Shown here: positions 55,450 to 64,000 of the stretch, one piece after another
Layout of the letters: each line of letters begins with the position of its first letter
How positions within the stretch are numbered: the stretch's first letter is position 1
Source of the DNA: Octopus vulgaris
Taxonomy: Eukaryota
Direction: 5' to 3'
Length of the DNA stretch: 64,000 nucleotides
Assembly: GCA_951406725.2 (NCBI GenBank)
Contig: OX597815.1
Span: 89,404,001 to 89,468,000, forward strand
Position numbers and translations under genes: made by a program
The notes under the pieces: generated by a model
Database searches by the model: none
What the model was told of the DNA's origin: nothing
What the model saw: only the letters and a program-made list of their open reading frames with translations

Positions 55450-56028
55450 ACTAGAAAGGGTCGAATTTTATTCCAAGTCATCAATGACAAGAGGAAAGAC
55501 CGTGCTACGAAGCTTTTGAACAAACTCCAGCATCCCCTTCAGAGGAACGTGCTTTGGTTTTTCTCCGACGAGGAAAATTTCTGCCAGGATCAGGTGGTGA
55601 ACACATAGAGCAACCGTTGGCTTGTCGTATCTCCAAAACCTACTGAGGGTGATGAATATCAGACATCCAGTCAAATCAAGGTGTTTGGAGTGATCACTAG
55701 TGATGGCGGCGCTATGCTTCCATTCATCTTCCCACACGGCCTCAGACTCAACACAGAGGCCTACATCAAGTGTCTGGAGGAGGTAGTGTTGCCCTGGGTC
55801 AAGTGAGTGGCTGCTGGAAGACACTATGTCTGGCAATGGGACTCTGCACCATTCCATACAATCAGGATAACCCAGTCATGGCTATCAAACAATTTCTACG
55901 ACCACATTACTCCTAACATCTCTCCACCCAACTTCAATGACTGCAACCTCATTGATTATTACGTGAGGCGCAGTTGAGCGAGAGACCAGCAAAGTTACTT
56001 GTAACATCAAAGATGAACTGAAAGTAAG
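55450..56028 (+). mobile_element. Tc1/mariner-superfamily DD37D (maT-like) transposase fragment
   Basis: LWFFSDEENF, VFGVITSDG, YVWQWDSAPFH then 37 residues to the Asp of DCNLIDYYV; stops present. Confidence 0.88.
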
Positions 56029-56371
56029 GAGGTGGTGCTACAAAATTCTTGGTCGAAATATATAGTATTCAAAGTGACACATAGTCAATGATCTAATAAA
56101 ATAAGATATTTCTATTTGTAAATCTCTCAACAAAAGACATTCAGTAACAGTATAGAATAAAGATTATTTGCCAACATTACGTGGCAGTTCTGATTTTGAA
56201 CCAATGTTACTGTTATGTAGCCCCAGGAAAGTTCGTCTCCAGCTGGCTGTACGACACACTATATGTGTCCTTATATTTTTGAGCAAGAGAGGTTAGCATC
56301 CCTACTCAACATAAAATAATATCTGCGTATCGCGATCTCTGGGTTAGTTCCATTTATCAGCACAGAATAAC

Positions 56372-56512
56372 TGTTCGGCTAGAGGTGGTACTGCTAAATT
56401 CTTGTTCGAACGAAATAGTTTTGAATGTGACACACGGTCACTGATCTAATAAAATAGAAAATTTCTATTTTATTTCGAACAAGAATTTAGCAGCGTCATC
56501 TCTAGCCGAACA
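56372..56512. mobile_element. MITE-like element with ~39-bp inverted termini; diverged direct copy of its left part at 56029-56120
   Basis: TGTTCGGCTAGAGGTGGTACTGCTAAATTCTTGTTCGAA vs TTCGAACAAGAATTTAGCAGCGTCATCTCTAGCCGAACA. Confidence 0.75.
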
Positions 56513-56723
56513 CGACTTCCTCGTTATGTTGGCAAATAATCTTTATTCTCTCTCTCACTTTGTCTGTCTCTCTCTCTATATATATACATATATATATATG
56601 TGTGTGTGTGTGTGTGTATTTATACGTGTATGGTGTGTGTATATATATATATGTGTATATATATATATTATATATATATATATATATATACATATATGCA
56701 TATATACATATACATATATATAT

Positions 56724-56780
<57 letters not shown>

Positions 56781-57484
56781 TAGGTAGAGAGAAAGAGAGA
56801 AAGAGATTTGTTGAGTGATAGGAAGACAGAAAGATTGACTGATAGGGGGATAGATATATAGATAAATATAAAAGCGTTTTAACACGTTAAAACAAGGGAC
56901 TAACAGTCACAAACTTCATACCCATGGAGAATCTCATGACTATTACATCAATGTCGAAAGTCAACTTCAAATTACCGTAGTACTTGCCTTGTCGGAATGG
57001 AAAGGAGTATGTAGTAGAAGTGCATATACCTACCATTGTAAAGTATGAAGACGAGGCAATAATTGGTAAACGAGATGTGCTGGTTAAGTGAATTAGAGCG
57101 GTCAGGTTAAATCACAGGTGCAATCTAAAACACAGAATATTTCTAAGATATGGTTAGTTTAGTTAGAGATTTGACTGGAAGGTTAAGAGAAGCTGGCCTG
57201 GAGCTGAAAGGTTGGACAGTTACAATAAAATAATGGTATTATACAGTGACCCATCTATCGAAAAGTGCTGCCGTAATTTTGTGAGAATACGATTGGACTG
57301 GGTTTAAAAGATAAATAGATGCCACATGAAAGAATCTTTGAGTGTGTTAAAAGATGTTCTTTTAGATAATATTTTGTAGGTTAGGAAAACATTAAAGGTC
57401 ACTGATGGAGATTTTTTCTTCATATATTGTAGCTAATGTATGTGCGTATAAATGTATGTGTATGTGTGTTTATGAGTATATCTA

Positions 57485-57532
<48 letters not shown>

Positions 57533-57534
57533 AC

Positions 57535-57594
<60 letters not shown>

Positions 57595-57610
57595 CATACA
57601 TACATACATA

Positions 57611-57652
<42 letters not shown>

Positions 57653-57766
57653 AGAAAAGTTATAAGTACATACATGCACACGTCGTTCTTGCTACCTCTC
57701 TTCCACTTTCTGTCTCTTTAAACATATCTATATACACTTACACGTATATACTTATATACAGATGTA

Positions 57767-57816
<50 letters not shown>

Positions 57817-59399
57817 AATATATATAGGCGCTGTATCCATTCACGGTTAGACGATGATGAGAGGAACAAACACACACCCATACATATATATATATGTGTG
57901 TGTGCGTCTATACAAACATATATGTGAATATGTATACAACCTTCAACAAAGTAACAGTCATGTACACAACTTGGACGGACACATGCCAGTACACGGACAT
58001 ACGTTCACATACACATACACATGTACCCACTCTCACAGACACGTCTGCCCATTCTCCTAGACACTCACATACATACGTAGCACATGAATACAAACATACA
58101 TACATACCTACGTATGGGCATACACACGTACATACGCACGTACATGTACGCACACACATACATGGGCACATGCATACGAGCGCGTATACATACATACGCA
58201 CATGCGTACGTATGTACATACACACATACATACACACATACATACATACATACATACATACTTACATACATACATACATACATGCATACATACATACATA
58301 CATACATACATACGCACATACATACATACATACATACGCACAATAGTAAAACAATAGTTCTGTGATATAGAGATAAAGATCTGATATTAGATTTTAGGGT
58401 ATAGTTTTGGGAGTAAGCATCGTAAATCACTTTCTAGCTTCGGCCTGAGGAAGTTGAAATTTGATAGCTTTGTGATGAGTGGTCACTCTACATCCATCCA
58501 TTGCTACAGGTTTATAGCTTTATGTTTATAGAGTGTATGTGCGTGCATATACACACATACATATATACATACATACATACATACATACATACATACATAC
58601 ATACAAGCATACACAGGCGTATGTATGTACATGCATACGTACATACATACACACATGTATGCATACATACACACATACATACGTACATATATATGACGAA
58701 CTAACTGTTACTTTCTCAGATGCAGCACGGACTTTGTCAGTGAACAGGTCGCTGATTTTAGCGACGAAAATATTTTGACAAATTAAACTTAAATGTTGAA
58801 GTGAATCGAACGGCTTTTGTGTGTTTCTTAAATGGCTTATAAACACCTTCCACGCTGCAATTGTTGTAAATATATATATATATATATATAAATTATATTT
58901 CTATATGAATAATATTTTGTCTAATGACTAATTCGTCTTTTGTGCTGGGCCACTGGTAGTAATCTATGTTATTACCCTTTTTTGATTATATATATATATA
59001 TATATATATGTGTGCGTGTGTGCGTGTGTGCGTGTGTGCGTATGTGCGTGTGTTTGTGCGTGATACACACACATATGCATGTATTTTGTATAATCTGGAA
59101 TGAAACTTTATTATCATAAGGAGAGAACGATAAGGAATATAATACACTGTTCTTTGTTGAAAATTTTCAAAAAGTGGTGGGGACCCAATAGATTCCTGAT
59201 CGGACAACTCCGAATGGTTAAATAAAAGTATTCCCAGATTTTTAGATTTCTCTGCTCAAAACATCGGAGATGAAACACGTTTTGCTACGCACATACCACA
59301 GACATGTACACACACACACGCACGCACTCAGACACATACACATGCTTTCACACTTGCATACATGAGTACTTATAAAGATAGGAATATACATATATCTAT

Positions 59400-59601
59400 T
59401 CTTTTATTCTTTTTGTTTCAGTCATTTGACTGCGGCCATGCTGGAGCACCACCTTTAGTCGAATACATCGACCCCAGGACTTATTTTTTGTAAGCCTAGT
59501 ACTTATTCTATCGGTCTCGTTTGCCAAACCGCTAAGTTACGGGGAAGTAAACGCACCCAACGTCGGTTGCCAAGCGATGGTAGGGGCAAACACAGATACA
59601 C

Positions 59602-59620
<19 letters not shown>
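59400..59620 (-). mobile_element. SINE 3' tail half (34261 family)
   Basis: TTTCAGTCATTTGACTGCGGCCATGCTGGAGCACC...CGCTAAGTTACGGGG. Confidence 0.88.
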
Positions 59621-59638
<18 letters not shown>

Positions 59639-59656
59639 ACGGAAGCTGAAAGAGGC

Positions 59657-59724
<68 letters not shown>

Positions 59725-59870
59725 AAATAGAAAGATGAATAATCTTGTAGTAGATTAATCAAAAGTTTAACCGATACCTTAGTAGCAAAAATCACAGCAG
59801 TAAACAGCACGGTTGGAGGTACAACCATATGGTGTTGCAACCGTGCGTTGGTGCGGATAATTGAAATTAA

Positions 59871-60059
59871 AACATTATTGGTGAATTGAAGAAATGGAGC
59901 TGAACGCAGATTGAACAGAAATCGTTTTATTTCATTCTACACGTGTTTCGAAAGGCACAAATTGTGGTAATTTGTGCCTTTCGAAACACGTGTAGAATGA
60001 AATAAAACGATTTCTGTTCAATCTGCGTTCAGCTCCATTTCTTCAATTCACCAATAATG

Positions 60060-60061
<2 letters not shown>
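59871..60061. repeat. Perfect palindrome: 93-bp arms and a 5-nt loop (GTGGT)
   Basis: 59871-59963 reads as the exact reverse complement of 59969-60061; each arm read outward contains C-GAAA-C-ACGU-G-UA then AATAAA. Confidence 0.97.
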
Positions 60062-60096
<35 letters not shown>

Positions 60097-60098
<2 letters not shown>

Positions 60099-61465
60099 AA
60101 AACAAAAGAAACAGACAGGTGGTGTAGACAACAAACTAGTATTAGTATAACGCTCGGGAATTGAAAAAGTCATTAACGTTTCGAGACTACGCTCTTCCAC
60201 AGAAAGAAACAAGGACAGAAACAAGGACAGAAAAGAAAAAATGTGTGCACTGGCTACCGATCTAACATGGCGAATGCCGGGCAAAGGGTCACACGGTGAC
60301 GCTAAGATGGAGGAGAGATAACAAAGTAGTAGTGTTCCCAAAACGAAGGTGCGTGTGTGTGTAAGAGAGTACGTAAGTGCGTGTGAAAGAGGCTGGTGAT
60401 CGTGACGTGTGCGTGTGTGTATGTGTAGGTATAAAAATGTGGGGATGGGAATTGGTCAGTGCTGTTGTGTGCGTGGTCGTGTGTTGTGATGTGATGTTTT
60501 GTGTGGTATGGTGTAATGTGGTGTTGTGTGATGTTGGGATGTGGGGGAGGCGAGAGTGGAGAAAGCACGGGTGGGATGTGGGTTAGACTGAGGGTCGGGT
60601 ATGTGGGTAGGCAGAGGGTGGGGGTAGAGGTAGGGTATGTGGGAGAAGGTGTAAGGGATGGGATGGGGATGGATGGGAAGGATAGGGAAGGTGGGTTAGG
60701 AATGTGTAGGATTCGGGTGGGTTTATGGGGAGGGTTGACGATGGAGGGGGAAGGGAAAGGTGGGTATGAGAGAAGAGAGAAGAGAGAAAGAGAGTAGGAG
60801 TAAAGAGAAGTAAGAGTAGGAGCAAGAGAGGAGAGGTGTGGGAGGAAGTAGGAGGGAGGGGGAGAAAGGCAAGGGGATGTGGTTAGATGAAGAGGGGAAG
60901 AGAGCTGAGCTCATGTGGCGCAAAGGAGCGAAGAGAGAAGATTAATCCATGTTCACGCCGCAAGGACAAATGTGAACACGGACAGGTGTTGCAAAGAGTG
61001 AGCGGTAGAGTGGAAATTGCGTGAGACCGGAATGTCATTGCCGAGGCGGATGTCTCGGAGGTGTTCCGCGAACAGGTCAGCCAAGAGGCGTCCCGTTTAT
61101 CGGATGTACACAGAATGGCAGAGAGAGCAGGAGATGCAATAGATGATATAGGTAGAAGTTCAAGTGAAGGAGTCGGTGATGTGATAGGGTCGATGATGGG
61201 TGCCGTTGAGGAGGGTCTTGTTGGAGAGGTAAGGGCAAGTGCGGCAGCGAAGGCGGGAGCAGGAGAACGAGCCAGGTTGGGTGGTTGGGGAAGAAGCTGT
61301 GGACCAAGAGGTCTCGTAGTTTGTGAGCTCATTTGAAGGAGGGGAGGTGTCGGTTAGTGAAGATGTGTGAAGTGGGGGTTCGGTCTGGAGACGCCGGAAA
61401 GCTCGGAGAATGGTGCGTTGGAAAGGTAATGTTAGTGGGGTGGGAGGTGAGGGGGAAAGGGATAG
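60097..61465 (-). mobile_element. Penelope-like element 3' fragment: Cys linker, GIY-YIG, CT-rich UTR and terminal repeat
   Basis: KLRDLLVHS, CSRLRCRTCPYL, IIYCISCSLCHSVYIR*TGRLLADLFAEHLRDIR..IPVSRNF; hammerhead-like CUGUGGA-A-GAG..CUC-GAAA-CGU-UA at ~60168-60208. Confidence 0.88.
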
Positions 61466-61488
61466 ATATATATATATATATATATATA

Positions 61489-61649
61489 CAGGGGGGCCTC
61501 TTTCAGTTTCCGTCTACCAAATCCACTCACGAGGGTTTGGTCGGCCGGAGGCAGTAGAAGACAGTTGCCCTAGGTACCGCGCAAAAGAACTGAATTCGAA
61601 ACCATGTGGTTGGGAAGCAAGTTTCTTACCACATAGCCACATCTGCGCC
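61489..61649 (-). mobile_element. SINE head half (34261 family)
   Basis: CTTTCAGTTTCCGTCTACCAAATCCACTCAC...TTACCACATAGCCACATCTGCGCC. Confidence 0.88.
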
Positions 61650-62095
61650 TATATATATATATATATACACACACAAACACACACACACACACATACACAC
61701 ACACACTCACACACTCTCACACACACATATATATATATATATATTTCAGTATGTGTGTGTTTATATAATTTCTTAGTTCAGCTCTCTCTCTATATATGTA
61801 TATATGTTTGTGAGACTATATGTATTTACATATGCCAAGTCATCTTATTGGATACGTGTATTTTGTAATCAAGTAATGTAAGACCTCATACTCACAGACA
61901 TACTTGGCAATTTACCTTATACCATCTACAAAAATATAAGAGCACTTGGGAACAACAAGGATGTGTATAAACTACAATAACTCTAGACAAATTATTAATC
62001 CATGGACCAATAATTACTTGAGTGTATCAGTTATAATAACTTTCGTACTCGAAACGTTACTGAAACATCTAATTAGCTTTGAGAATAACGAGAAT

Positions 62096-62127
<32 letters not shown>

Positions 62128-62241
62128 ATATATATATATATACTTAATTATACTTAATTATATCAAAGGGAAATGGAAATTAATTTAAATTATAATTTCC
62201 AGTGGCTTAACGTGTAAAAGTTTAGTCCAAAGACTATGTAT

Positions 62242-63001
62242 TAGCCATAAAATACAGTGTATATTTAAACACATAAGGAATCCACTCGTGGGATTCAACA
62301 CAATAGAAAGCTAAAAAGCTAGAAAGCTATAGAACAGCTAGGTTCTATAACCACAAGATATAGATATAAAATTCGATAGGAACGAAATGAAAAAATAAAA
62401 ACATTTTGCCCTCTAGTTTCCTGGACCAATTGGTTTCTGATTTTAGTTTAGCAAGCAAATAACCCTTACACGCTAGGTAAAATCGTCTTCAGCAGGTACA
62501 CCCTAGATAAATATATAAACACGAGGGGATCAAACTATGTGCCTCTTCTTTATACATCCTATTATCACTGGAAATGATAGTTTTAATTATTTTCCATTTC
62601 CCTTTGATATAATTAAGTATTGTAAGTTTTTGGATAATTTTCGGTTTTTAAATGTCGGCATTTTTTTATTGCCGGCGAAGGGTTGCGTCTGCGCAGTAGA
62701 ATTTGAAAACTTTAGTATATATAAACAAGAGACACATAGTTTGATCGCCTCGTGTTTATATATTTATCTAAGGTTGGAGACGATTTCACCTGGCGGGTAA
62801 AGGTTATTTGCTTGCTAAACTAAAATCAGAAACCAATTGGTCCAGGAAACTAGATGTTAAAATGTTTTTATTTTTTCATTTCGTTCCTGTCGAAATTAAT
62901 CCCTAATTTTGTGGTTATAGAACCTAGCTGTTCTTTCTAGCGTGTTGAATCCCACGAGTGGATTCCTTATATGTTTAAATGTACACTGCATTTTATGACT
63001 A
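62242..63001. mobile_element. ~760-bp fold-back element: ~300-bp inverted arms, ~160-bp spacer, hammerhead in each arm
   Basis: 62242-62557 is a diverged reverse complement of 62717-63001 (TAAGGAATCCACTCGTGGGATTCAACAC / GTGTTGAATCCCACGAGTGGATTCCTTA); no meaningful ORF. Confidence 0.92.
62420..62496 (-). ncRNA. Type-I hammerhead ribozyme motif (best in window)
   Basis: CCUG-CUGAAGA-C-GAUUUUA..UAAAAUC-A-GAAA-CC-AAUU-GG-UC-CAGG; all three stems pair; GUC cleavage triplet; palindromic stem III; sister copy at 62774-62846 (+) has a damaged core. Confidence 0.8.
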
Positions 63002-63564
63002 TATATATATATATCTGTACAAATATGCCTGAATACATGTATACACGCTCACACATATACTATGGCCGATATAAATTTGGGATATTTGTTTGGTTCTTGG
63101 TTTTCCCCCTGTTACGCTTTACATGAACAATGAGAGAGTGAGAGTAGGAGATTCAAAGAAACAAGAGACCCAAGATGAGTGCATGTGCTGGGCTTGGTGT
63201 CAGCAGTAGTAGTAGGAGGAGGAGGAGAGAGATAGATAGAGAGAGAGAAATAGAGAGAAAGAGCGAGAGAGAGAGTAAATTAAAGAGTAGTTATCAGAAA
63301 CTGTTCAAATTAGAAGTTTTCCTTTACGAGAATTTACCTTAATTTTTTGAAATTAGTATTCATTTCAACATTTTGTACATGCTCCATGAAATTTGATAAA
63401 GTTAAATTATATCTGACAGTACATCTATTAGACTAGCTAGCTGCCTCTCTTCCTGTCTCATTCATTCATTTTATTTCTCTCACATACACGCATGCTGGTA
63501 TGAATGTACGACCCCCACACACAGACGCACAACCACACAGACACACACATATACATATATATAG

Positions 63565-63625
<61 letters not shown>

Positions 63626-63714
63626 ATAAGGGTGGAAAGGAACACACGAGTTGATATATATGAAAAAACAAGTCAAAAATAGAAAATGCTAAGATGATTT
63701 TATAGTGAATCTTT

Positions 63715-63752
63715 CAGTACCGGTTTCGGTCATTTTGAGACCTTTTCAACTG
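63715..63752 (-). ncRNA. Hammerhead-like motif with UUGAAAA core variant
   Basis: CAG-UUGAAAA-GGUC-UCAAAAU-GACC-GAAA-CCGG-UA-CUG. Confidence 0.55.
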
Positions 63753-64000
63753 TAACGATAAAATAATTAAATTTAGAAAAATTGGAAAAAAAGTTTTTTT
63801 AAAAGAATATTTCTGTAGTAGTGTTCAGATATAAGTAGCATTCTGCCTTTCTCTGACTCCCTTGTTTGCACTTGTGTGTTCGAGGTCGTACTCGAAACGT
63901 TACTGAAACATCTAATTAGCTTTGAGAATAACGAGAATATATATATATATAATATATATATACTATAGAAGTGGAACCGCAAAGGATGGAACCAAACAGC

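Noticed and set aside
56870-57410. Possible old LINE fragment
   Set aside because: No recognisable conserved motif could be read with confidence.
60540-60900. G/purine-rich tract with G-quadruplex potential
   Set aside because: It is the low-complexity 3' UTR of the PLE fragment; there is no independent evidence of function.

Overview
This is a very AT-rich, microsatellite-dense eukaryotic intergenic window. Its SINE families and repeat landscape suggest an octopus/coleoid cephalopod genome (inference, not proven). I find no intact host gene, and most listed ORFs are microsatellite translations. Supported content: (1) a young, 5'-truncated RTE/BovB-type LINE (45453-48580, minus) with one premature stop and a 7-bp TSD; (2) relics of Dong/R4, Tx1/L1, CR1 and RTE LINEs; (3) six Penelope-like (PLE) GIY-YIG/RT fragments; (4) Tigger/pogo, mariner and DD37D maT transposase relics; (5) a solo LTR; (6) many tRNA-derived SINEs, including a TSD-flanked trimer. 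The most striking signal is about a dozen minimal type-I hammerhead-ribozyme-like motifs, some with recurring non-canonical cores. Several sit inside protein-free fold-back elements of about 145-760 bp that appear to be built from PLE terminal repeats. A second, weaker signal is that several non-repeat segments look like decayed intronless class-A GPCR genes, all on the minus strand. All calls are from manual reading and boundaries of old relics are approximate.
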